Source: Octopus sinensis (lineage: Eukaryota). From it: 64,000 nt of DNA. Shown here piece after piece: positions 40,093 through 50,754 of the stretch. The position numbers and the translations under genes are program-made. The DNA is taken from NCBI RefSeq assembly GCF_006345805.1, contig NC_043015.1:34038001-34102000 (forward strand), given 5' to 3'. Position 1 is the first letter of the stretch. The number at the start of each line of letters is the position of its first letter. The notes below the pieces were generated by a model. That model saw only the letters and a list, made by a program, of their open reading frames with translations, was not told where the DNA came from and did no database searches.

Positions 40093-40462
40093 TCCAGATG
40101 GTGAATTGGTAGAGTCAAAAGTGTGTTGGACAAAATCTAGTTTTTGTTATTTGTTCCAGCTTTAAGTTCAAAACCCGCTGGGGTCAACTTTGCCCTTCAT
40201 ATTCTTGGAATTAATAAAGTACCCAGGACTGGGTAGCAAGCAGGTTAAGTCTTGCACACAGGATTCAACAGTAGGCTTTAGCTTTAGCTTTTAGCATTTA
40301 ATCTGGCCATATCTGGCCCAAATATTCTATCTGTTTTGTGTTAAAACTGACCAGATCTAACCTCTCATACTTACCCTACAATGTCATTCTGAAAATATAC
40401 AAACACACCATTGAAATATTGAAGCAACATGAAAAAGGCAAAACAATCTGAATAAATAGGTG

Positions 40463-40650
40463 TGGGCATGGCTGTGAGGTGAGATGTTTGTTTCCTAGCC
40501 AAAGGGTTCTGGGTTCAGTCCCCCTAACCAAAGCCTTATGAGTGGATTTGGCAGGCAGAAACTGAAAGAAGCCTGTCGTATGTATATTATATATATGTGT
40601 GTGTGTGTTTGTGTCTGTCCTTGCACTACTACTTGACAACTGGCATTGGT
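40463..40650 (+). mobile_element. Family A SINE with internal deletion
   Basis: The head GGGCATGGCTGTG..GGGTTCAGTCCC is joined directly to ACCAAAGCCTT.TGAGTGGATTTGG. Confidence 0.75.
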
Positions 40651-40683
40651 GTGTGTGTGTGTATGTGTGTGTGTGTGTGTGTA

Positions 40684-40722
<39 letters not shown>

Positions 40723-41612
40723 GCAGTATTGTTCAAGAGTAACTCCATGTGTATAGGTGACAGTTTGTTACATGTGTAAATGGAGGAAAAGAAAGAGAAA
40801 GAAAGAGAGAGAGAGAGAGGAACAGAAAGAGATGAGATTGTGGAACCAAGAATAATGATGGGTGTTCTTATGATGGTCATGAAAATAATGGTGATGATGA
40901 TGATGATGATGATTTAGTGACCGCAGAGTTAAGCAACTGGCCTATTGGTTACATGATCATGACTTCAATCTTTATTAGAGTCATTGTGATGTGCCCCAGG
41001 GTCAAGAATATTATATTATTTGCTCCAGTTTGACTTGATTGAACAAACAGCCGGTTCTCTACTAATTTCACGGTTCAGCTCTCAGTGGAAAAAATACAAA
41101 GGTATCCAACTGTGATAAGAAAAGTAAAACAAAAAAAACAATCAAAGAAGCAGATTGCTTCAGCAAATGAGTGTATCAGAAAGGAAATAGAAAAATAAAA
41201 ATAATGTAAAAATATTCATAATGATGGTGATAATGATGCTAATGATGATGATAGATCTCTTTCTGCTGTTATTTTGCATGACTGGCAGCCATTTATGTAT
41301 ACACACATATTTATGAATCAATATATGCTTACATGCACACAGACACATACATCATACATGCAAAACATGAATATATCATCATCATCATCATTTTTAACAT
41401 CCATGTTACCATGTTTGCATAAATTTCACTGAATTCTATGAGGCAGATTTTTTTATAGCTGAATACCCATTCTGTCACCAACCTTTGGTTGTTTCCGAGT
41501 AAAGTAACTTTACTCTATGACAAGACATGTTTTCACAGAAGACTGAAAATGAAGGATGCCACTTGCATGATTGGCGGCTTTTGTTTACCTTGACATCATA
41601 TCAAGGAAAGAA

Positions 41613-41662
<50 letters not shown>

Positions 41663-41753
41663 CACACATGCACACAAAGTTTCACTCACATGTATGTACA
41701 TGCATGCACACACACGCACACATATACACACAAGGAGCTTCTTTGCAGTTTCT

Positions 41754-41983
41754 TATTTCTTTATCGCCCACAAGGGGCTAAACATAGAGGGGACAAACAA
41801 GGACAGACAAAGGGATTAAATTGATTACATCGACCCCAGCGCATAACTGGTACTTAATTTATCGATCCCGAAAGGATGAAAGGCAAAGTCGACTTCGGCA
41901 GAATTTGAACTCAGAACGTAGCGGCAGACGAAATACAGCTAAGCATTTCGACCGGAGTGCTAATGTTTCTGCCAGCTCACCGC
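41754..41983 (-). mobile_element. Well-preserved family C (Meta-domain-like) SINE with 13-bp TSD, nested in a family A fragment
   Basis: TSD CTTTGCAGTTTCT at 41741-41753 and 41984-41996; core AAGTCGACTTTGCCTTTCATCCTTTCGGGATCGATAAATTAAGTACCAG. Confidence 0.9.
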
Positions 41984-42149
41984 CTTTGCAGTTTCTGCCT
42001 ACTAAATCCACTCACAAGGCTTTGTGAGGGTTTTTTTTACCCATTGTTGGACAGAGTCATCCTTAAAGTTCCAGTATAACATTACATTATATAGAAGCAG
42101 CTTAGCTTCAGTAAAAAAACATTCATAAAGACACACATTAGAAAAGAAC

Positions 42150-42540
42150 AAAGAAAAATAGATATCACCTTGTTTAATCCACCACAGAGCACAGATGTTA
42201 TCACTGCTGTAACTGAACATCCTACTTCCTGTAATTTATTTCCAACCAACCAAAACAAAATTAAATGAAATAAACATTTCTCACAAATACAACAAAATTT
42301 TTCACATCGATACAGTTAAGGGCAGCTATTCCAATCTGCCTATCATTGTTGTCAGAATCACACACCATAACCAGAAACATACCCGAGTACCGATACAGTC
42401 TTCACTTCAGCAACCAATAGATAACTGTCAAAATCGTTCTGCTTGTCCAGAAGGTGACTTTGTCTTTCAAAAGCAATGATATATGAAGCAGTGATAACAA
42501 AACCTAAAACTACTGAAAGGTATTACAAAGTATCACAATA
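42150..42540 (+). mobile_element. Penelope-like element RT-EN linker and start of GIY-YIG (decayed)
   Basis: FNPP..SHKYNKIFHIDTVKGSYSNLP..ITHHNQK..NCQNRSACP..CLSKAMIYEAVIT..RYY, across frameshifts. Confidence 0.7.
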
Positions 42541-42546
42541 TATACA

Positions 42547-42599
<53 letters not shown>

Positions 42600-42724
42600 A
42601 GACCAAAATGTATGTATGCCGCTATATATATATATATACATATATATAATACTAAAATGGGACAAGAACGCAAAACATCCAGATAGACGATACAAAGAAA
42701 ACAAGGACGGGTCATATACATATA

Positions 42725-43096
42725 CTAGCAGTATCGCCCGGCGTTGCTCGGGTTTGTAAGGGAAATAACTATAAAGCATTTTTAGAGAGTTATAGCCAAA
42801 AAATGGGAAAAAAATGAGGGTAAATTTTTTTTTAGTTAAAAAGGTCGAGTTGCGTCCCCTAGACAGTCTGTGGTTTGTGTTTCTGATTCTCGACCCCATG
42901 TCGAATTTATCGATTTTTTTTCAGAACTGGGGGAACTTTTCAAAATTTTCGCTGCGTTAGTTTTGAATTATGACATTGGGCTATGTGTGTGTCAAGTTTC
43001 ATCAGAATCGGTTGAAAGCCGTGGTCAGGGTGAGGGTACAACCTAACAGACACACAGAAACACACACAGACAAACTGCCGTTTATATATAGAGAGA
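42725..43096 (-). mobile_element. Non-autonomous Helitron, 372 bp, with canonical termini
   Basis: Minus strand: 5' TC at 43096, 3' CTAG ending at 42725, hairpin CCCG-N8-CGGG 12 nt from the end, inserted between A and T with no TSD. Confidence 0.85.
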
Positions 43097-43163
43097 TACA
43101 TGTCAATATATGTAGATGTACTTAAAGAGATTAAGATCACTGTAGAATAGATGTTATGAACCA

Positions 43164-43517
43164 AGAGATCCCCTTCGCTCATGAATGACCATGGGATTGC
43201 ACCTAGAAGCATAAGACCATGGGATTGCACCTCCGAGGCACAAGTCAGGGCAAGATTGTTTGTGGAAGGCTAGCAGTTGCCCATGCATACCAGCCTCCCA
43301 TCTTCACACCACTGATGTTATCCAAGGGAAAGCCAAAGGCGGACACAGTTTGGCACCAGTGAAGTCGCAACTCCTTTCTACAACTGACTTAACTGGAGCA
43401 ACATGAAATAAAGTGTCTTGCTCAAGAACACAACACACATCCTGGTCCAGGAATCAAACTCACAACCTCACGATCGTAAGCTCGATGCTCTAACCACTGA
43501 GCCATGCACCTCCACGT
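43164..43517 (-). mobile_element. tRNA-derived SINE (CORE-like segment) with 12-bp TSD
   Basis: Head GGAGGTGCATGGCTCAGTGGTTAGAGC..GAGTTTGATTCC, then TTGAGCAAGACACTTTA; TSD TGTTATGAACCA at 43152-43163 and 43518-43529; GACCATGGGATTGCACCT is duplicated internally. Confidence 0.9.
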
Positions 43518-44977
43518 TGTTATGAACCATACATAGTGTAATGAATAGGAAACAAAACATATTTGTGACTAGTTGTATGGCTGCATTGAACCATTTGAAT
43601 AGTAAGTCAATACAGGGATATAAACATATATAATCCTGGTGTCCTTAGGAAGCTGTCAAAGACTGATAAAATAAAGGAACAGAACTTTTGGATAGTTTTT
43701 AGATACAGCAATTATGAATGAACGGTGTATGGAAGGTGAACAGTAAAATTATGTCCATGGCTAGGAATTCTAAAATTAATGAAGAATGCTGGGTAAAGTG
43801 GGTATTAGGTGACATTACAGAAGCCATAGAGGAAATGAAGGTAGCGAATGTCTTCTTCACTGAATGGCTGTCAAGTGTGTAAGAAAAATCACCAAAGCAT
43901 GGCACTGAGTTGACAATGTAATGTAAAGAAAGAGAAACTGATCTAATATGTGACCGAAATTGTGCAGAATATAAATCTTTTATATCTCTAGCAGACACCT
44001 TCTTAGGATTGAAGAACAGCTCATAAATGTTCTTGCTACAAGACATTAAATCTATATTCAAGATTCCAACGGTTTGTCTTGATAAACATTATAAACAGAA
44101 ATTTGAGCTCCTGGACAAAATTATTGCTGGAAATTAATTTGATCAACAATCTATTCTTATAGTTCTAACAAAACCATCCCACTCTTCACTAAGCCTCAAA
44201 AATTATTTTTAACAAACATCTCTCTATTTACATTCTTAGTTCTGTCAAAACTAAACGTTATTATTTTTATCGAACTTCTAGATATTTATTTTTATATCGT
44301 GTATCTTGTGTATTTGTGTATTTGTGTGGGAAATTGTAACTATGTATGTCTGTTCATGGTTGTGTGTGTATGTGTGTGTGTGTTTGTGTAAATGTATACA
44401 TGCCCTTGTGTGTATGCTCAAACATGCAAGCTCAACTGTGTAGGCAAAAGTGTGTGTGTGTGTATATGTGTGTGTGCATGCATGCGTGTATGTGTGTGTT
44501 GTGTGTGTGTGCTTAAATGGGAATATTCACAATGTGTTATTCTGTATTATGGCTAGAGTGAATCTAATTCATGTAATACACATTTATGGGAAATCTGTAC
44601 GTGTGTGATAGTTGTCATGTCTCATGTATTAGTATTTGTATTGTTTTATGGATTGTCTGTTAGCTTGCTTTACTTCTACTGATGGTCAGTATTTCTTTTG
44701 TTCTGTGAATTTCCTTATTGAATGCTTGTGAAAGACAATATGAATGCTGTTCCAGTTAGGGATTATACCGTTGATATTTTGTGGCATCATACTGCAATGG
44801 ACACGCAGGTAAGACATTGGAATTTTGTATCAAATAGGAAGAGACAATTTCTGATGATAGGATAGATATTTGATAGTCATTTCTGCATCTATAAGTCAAC
44901 CGATTGATTTTCAAGTTAAAGTTGATTTAAAAGTAAAAATCAATTGATTTGCAAGTTAAGATATCGAATTAAGAAAT

Positions 44978-45196
44978 CCTTTAGCATTGAAATTACTGTC
45001 TGAAATAGGTTGCCAATTGATTCACTTTGTTTTGATTTAATCATGCATTATCTTGTAGCTTTGAGATTTCAATGGTATTATTGCTTATTTTTAGAATGAC
45101 ATTGTAGAGTAAGAGTGAAAGTCCAGATCTGGCTGGTTTGAACACAGAACAGGTAAAATATTTGGGCCAGGAAAAACTGGTTTAAATGCTAAAGAG
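44978..45196. mobile_element. Short MITE with about 16-bp TIRs, possibly piggyBac-like
   Basis: Left end TCCTTTAGCATTGAAA, right end TTTAAATGCTAAAGAG followed by TTAA; a related internal fragment lies at about 40290-40420. Confidence 0.5.
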
Positions 45197-45254
45197 TTAA
45201 ACGAGGGAACAAATACATGTAAAGCCTTTCTGTATTGTGTATAGAAAAAAATAA

Positions 45255-45422
45255 AGGGATTAGATTGACCCCAGTATGTAACTGGTACTTAATTTATTGA
45301 CCCCGAAAGGATGAAAGGCAAAGTCGACTTTGGTGGAATTTGAACTCAGAACATAAAAACAGATGAAATACTGCTAAGCATTTTGCACAGCGTGCTGACA
45401 TTTCTGCCAGCATGCCACCTTC
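45255..45422 (-). mobile_element. Family C SINE (Meta-domain-like)
   Basis: GACCCCAGT..ACTGGTACTTAATTTATTGACCCCGAAAGGATGAAAGGCAAAGTCGAC. Confidence 0.85.
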
Positions 45423-46178
45423 ATAAATATTAGTCTATGGGTTACCTTATTTTGTGACAAGGTAGATGCTGCATCATAGAAAATACTTTCTGGTTTTGAA
45501 AATATAATTCTTGGAAAAAAACGTTTTTACACATGTGAAAAGGAACCACACAATCAGGTAATACTTAGTGGTCACATGATAAATACCTGTGAGATAAAAT
45601 TGGCATGGGGGCCAGTGCAGTGATTATGCCCATTATTGAGCAAAAACATCATACAATAAACTTGGTGGTTTATTGTAGTACACAGCACTTTGCTCTTCTC
45701 TGCAATTGTCCTGCAATTATTGATGTGACACACCATGGCCATTGTACCAAAGACATTACTGCTGACTACCTACCAGCAACCAGTACTTGACCACAACTGC
45801 TGACAGCCACACTATGTGTATGGCCACTGGTTATGTCATCAACTTTTAATAAAGAATAAGTAAAAAGATAGATGACATTTTCCCAACGTATCAAATGGGC
45901 TGAACTGTTTACAGTCTTTAGTTTTTGATTTTATCTGTACAATAAAGAATACTTTCCTTAGTAGAAAGTAGGTAAATGTACATGTCTTTATTTTTGAAAA
46001 AAAAAGAAAAGAAAAAAAGACTAGAGTGAAAGTAAAAAAGCATTTTAATATTTAATATTTCAAATAAGTAAATAATAAAGTTACAAAAAGGCTGGAAACC
46101 TCTAAAAATCATGTCCAGTAAAACAGCTGAAGCATTTCTTTTGTCTTCGAATCCTGAGTATTCATAGCATACGTATAT

Positions 46179-46223
<45 letters not shown>

Positions 46224-46391
46224 CACAGACACACCATGCTGGAGATAGGTTGTTTTCACCCTTGCTCCCTTAATATAATTATATACATATATATATTATT
46301 ATTAATCATATATATGCCGGGTCATAGTGCTAGTTATATATATAAATTTAAATATAATGAAATTAGAATTTTTTGATGCTCTCCTATATAG

Positions 46392-46872
46392 GATTGCAAA
46401 ATTTCTATATATCTAGAGAAATTACTTGGTTCATCTTGATTACCTCCCTTCCATTACCTTTTAATATATCTTATTGACTCCTGATATATTTACTAAATTG
46501 ATAAAATTTTTCTCCACAGTTACTAAATATTATGTCTAACATTTTCTTTTAATTCAACTCATTAATAAAATAAATCACCATGTACTAGCTAATTATGATT
46601 CTATATTAATAGAAATATATATATATATATTTATATAAATATGAAATGATTGCAAAAAATTCTATATACCTAGAGAAATTACTTGGTTCATCATGATTAC
46701 CTCCCTTCTATTACTTTTTAATATATCTTATTGACTCCTGATATATGTGCTAAATTCATAAAGTATTTTTTCCACAGTTATTAAATATTATGTCTAACAT
46801 TTTCTTTTAATTCAACTCATTAATAAAATAAATCACCATGTACTCGCTAATTATGATTCTATTTTAATAGAA

Positions 46873-46905
<33 letters not shown>

Positions 46906-46919
46906 AATATGAAATGATT
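46392..46919. repeat. Tandem duplication of a ~256-bp AT-rich unit
   Basis: Units begin GATTGCAAAA at 46392 and 46648, with scattered substitutions and different (TA)n lengths. Confidence 0.93.
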
Positions 46920-47442
46920 TCTATATTTTCTATCCCTTTATAAGATACCAATATTTATTGAAATCATTTAGAAACATTTTCTAAAGGATATTTTCTTAAA
47001 TTCCTTAATATAGAATCTGGCTGTTAAATGGTAAGGGACACTGAAAACCTCTAGCGCATTAGTAGTCTCTGTACCCCTTACCCCTCTAACTTCAACCTAC
47101 TAGGTTTTTGCTATAATACATTCAAATATATCTAAAATGAATTCCTCGAAATGGGGATGGGTTTATGGTTTTCACATTTGTACTACCCCTTCCTATATCT
47201 ATAAATAGAAAAAAATCTTGTTTGTCTCCATTCAACCAAGAATAAAGCCCCCTCCCCACTGACAGATCTAAATAACAAAGTAAACTCAATGATAAAATAT
47301 ACAGACAGAGTGTAAACATACTACTACCATGTTCTTAAGAATGAAATCAACCTCTCTGTCTGTATATCTACCCTCATTATAATGTTGGCAGATGAAATAG
47401 GGATAAGAATGTGCATTGTCTGTTTGATTGGAAAATTCTATA

Positions 47443-47530
47443 AGTGGCTGAAGATTGCTTGACATTTTAAAACTGATGTAATGCTTACAATGTTTAATAA
47501 AATGAAGTAGCATGAAACAATTGTACTACT
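47443..47530 (+). ncRNA. Type I hammerhead motif with long rod-like stem II
   Basis: AGTGG-CTGAAGA-[59 nt: TGCT/AGCA, CATTTTA/TAAAATG, AAAC/GTTT, TGTAA/TTACA]-GAAAC-AATT-GTA-CTACT. The first stem II position is a U-U mismatch. Confidence 0.65.
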
Positions 47531-47782
47531 CTACCTTGGATATACTTGTTGCTTATTTTGATTATAATCACCCCCATTTGATTTATATGGATAATACCAT
47601 ACAAAATTCTGGTGCCTTTAACTTAAGTACCATATTCATCTGAATCTAAATTTTGCTGAACTTATATATATATATATATATATAATATATATATTAGATA
47701 ATAAAAATCATGGTTTATACCAGCTAGTTTATTGGTAAAGCATATTCACTTTCACAGTGTTCGTTGTGTATTTGATTGACAA

Positions 47783-49608
47783 ATGGAAGTTATGAGAATT
47801 TTTATTCATCCTTACAATTGTTTCGTCCTATCCAACATTGATCCCTCATGGGTGGGATACTTAACAACTGGTTCAGGAGCATCCAACAGTGTAGATTCCT
47901 CAGTTTGGGTAATAAATAGATATAACTTGTTAAATAGCAGTTATGCAAAGTATCATCTCAGTCTGTGTAAAGAAAAAGCAGCAAATTAAAAGATATAGTT
48001 TCATTAATATAGAAGATCAAGAATAAAACAAATCACAGATGCAAAAAGAAATGAATGCAAAATACATCAAAAAAGTATTAAATATAACCGTTAATTGATA
48101 TGGATGTATAAACACCCTCGTGCAGGTTGTATGGCACATATACACTCGTTCATGCAAGCATCCACAAAGATGTAAGCAGATGCACATATGTGATTTGGCA
48201 AACACCTTCACATAACAAATTAAATAGCTACTTGGTGTTTATAAGAATGGAGAGATTAGAGCTAAATTTAATTCCTGCATAACTTAAGGTGAATTATGAT
48301 TTGTAATTAGGTTAATGGTTATGTGTATTTATTATGACTATGAGCATTTATTATATTTAGTTGTATATATGGCAATTCTGACTTCATTTTCCAATGTTGT
48401 TACTGTGTTAGTTATGTTGCAATTATTGCTACTATCATGCATTAATAATAGTAAAATGAAACAACAGTTTAATAACTCACCTACTGGAACTAGCAAAGAT
48501 ATACATCAATAAACCAAGAAAGGAGATGTAAACCACAATGAAAAATACCAGATATGGACAGATTGTGATAGTAGCAATAATTGTGATATGGCTAACATGG
48601 TAATGATGTTGAAAATGAAATCAGAACTGCCATATATACAACTAAATGTGATAAATGCTCATGCAGAGAAAAACCAAGATACCCATTGATGAACCTCTGT
48701 ATGAGTACAAATCTTGTATATAAATGTACCATACACACAAGGGAGAGGGTCGTATGTTTACACTGGGGCAACGACTGATTCATTCAAGAATCGTTATTGC
48801 AACCATATTGCCAGCTTCAAGAAAATCAATAAGAGATATTCAACATCTTTGGCTGATTTTGTAGTGGTGACTTAAGGAAGATAAAATTAAGTGGTCCATA
48901 GTAAGGCACACAAAACCATATGATATAATTTTCAGATGCTCTGAGGAATCCATGTCTATTCTGTAGACCATTGAGAAAATCATTAATAGAATTCCTGGAA
49001 GACTCTCAAGATGCTTACATGCATATAAATATACTATTGTACAATGCAGTGGGAATGAATTTGAGTAACCATTAACCAGATTACTAATCGTAATTCACCT
49101 TAAGGTATGGATGAATTAAAGTTAGCTCTAACTTCCCTATTCTTATAAACACCAAGTAGCTATTTAATTTGCTGTGTGAACGTTTTGTGCACCAAACCAC
49201 ACGTGTATGAATGTTTACATTTTGCGGGTGCTAGTATGAGTGAGCCATACATGTGCCATACAACCTGCACGAGGGTGTTTATACAGCCATATCCATTAAC
49301 AGTTATTTTTAACAATTTTTTCACTGTATTGTGTGTTCATTTCCTTTTTGCATCTGTGATTTTTTTTTATTCTTGATCTTCTATATTAATGAAGCTCTAT
49401 CATTTAATTTGCTGCTTTTCTTTATACAAACTCGAAGATACCTTGTGGAACTGTTATTTTAATGAGCTATATCTATTACCACCTGAAGAGACACATCTAC
49501 ATCGTTGGATGCTGCTGAACCTGTTGTCAAGCATCCTACCCTTGAGGCATCGATGTTAGATGGGTTGAAACGTTTGTAGTGATTAATAAAAATTCTCATA
49601 ACTTCCAT
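47783..49608. mobile_element. Penelope-like element remnant: GIY-YIG fragment (+) with its terminal repeat and an upstream inverted copy
   Basis: Arms 47783-48321 and 49066-49608 are diverged reverse complements; an inner IR pairs 48341-48436 with 48567-48661. 48656-49046 encodes CSCREKPRYPL..C..NLVYKC..YTGATTDSFKNRYCNH..STSLADF..IKWSIVRHTKPY..CSEE..RCLHAYKY. Confidence 0.85.
49480..49581 (+). ncRNA. Type I hammerhead motif with extended branched stem II in the PLE terminal repeat
   Basis: CAC-CTGAAGA-[GACACATCT/AGATGGGTT, ACATCG/CGATGT, GGATGCT/AGCATCC]-GAAAC-GTTT-GTA-GTG. Predicted cleavage is after 49578. Confidence 0.75.
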
Positions 49609-49631
49609 CTTCCGTCTCTCCTTTACCAAAT

Positions 49632-49787
49632 AGGCGTGGCTGTGTGGTAAGAAGCTTGCTTCCCAACCACATGGTTCCGGGTTCAGTCTTACTGCATAGC
49701 AATTTGGGCAAGTGTCTTCTACTATTGCCTCAGGCAGACTAAATCCTTGTGAGTGGATTTGATAGACAGAAACTGAAAGAAGCCTAC
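49632..49787 (+). mobile_element. Family A SINE 5' half, truncated by the adjacent element
   Basis: GGCGTGGCTGTGTGGTAAGAAGCTTGCTTCCCAACCACATGGTTCCGGGTTCAGTC..AAACTGAAAGAAGCC. Confidence 0.85.
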
Positions 49788-50106
49788 AGTTCTATATTTA
49801 AGAGATGAGGAATTACGTACATTATTTACATTTGATGGATATTTGTCCTCGTCTTGTTTGTTGTCAACACAACATTTTGGCTGATATAACCTCCAGCCTT
49901 CATGAGGTCTCTTGGGAAAATTTCAAACTTGGGTTCTCATTCCTAAAGTATTTTTCGATGTTGCTGTTGTTATTATCATCATCATTATTATTATTATTAT
50001 TACTATTATTATTATTATTATTATTCAGGTCACTGCCTGGAATCGAACTCAGAATCTTGGGGTTAGTAGCCCGTGCTCTTAACCACTACGCCATATGCCC
50101 ATGGGC
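49788..50106 (-). mobile_element. tRNA-headed SINE with internal (AAT)n and a hammerhead relic
   Basis: Head GGGCATATGGCGTAGTGGTTAAGAGCACGGGCTACTAACCCCAAGATTCTGAGTTCGATTCC (A and B boxes); downstream CTCATGA-A-GGCTG-N10-CAGCC-AAAAT. Confidence 0.75.
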
Positions 50107-50754
50107 ATACAAGATCAATAAAATTATCATATACAAGAGATTATTCCATCATTGTCATATAATCACATTTACTGTTGTTGATGTTGTTGCTGCATTTGCT
50201 GTCTCTCATTATAGACATCTCTTTCAGTATATAAATCTCTGCATCTCCCTACCTTTCCCCCTCTGTCTTTTACTTTCTCTTTCTGCATAAATCAATCATT
50301 CGATCAATCAATCTATCTATCTTTTGATCTCATACATATTTTACATATAGATAAATTTTCCATAATCCTCCTGCATTGAGACTCATCTGACTACTTAAGA
50401 GAATAACCAGATTATCTTTCTTTCCTCACTTTCTTCTTTCTCTATTTCACTCTCTTCCTGATTTTCTGTCTATTTGTATTTCAATCTACATGTCCTGCTC
50501 TCTCTCATCTTTCACTCTGTCTATTAATTTATCCATATAATTCAAGATATATATATATATATATATATATTTGCCAATATTTCTAACAATCTAATTGTCT
50601 ACCCATCTTTATCTCTTTTGTGTCAATCTATCTGTTCACTTAATGCTGTTGCCTTCACAGTATTGATCTCAATCTATCTATCTGTCTGTCCGTCCGTCTG
50701 TTTGTTTATCTATCTGTCTGTCTGTCTGTCTATCTATCTATCAACCTAATTACT

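Noticed and set aside
50030-50106. tRNA genes at the SINE heads (also 59733-59807 and 43440-43517)
   Set aside because: No acceptor-stem closure and each continues into a SINE body, so these are tRNA-derived heads rather than tRNA genes.
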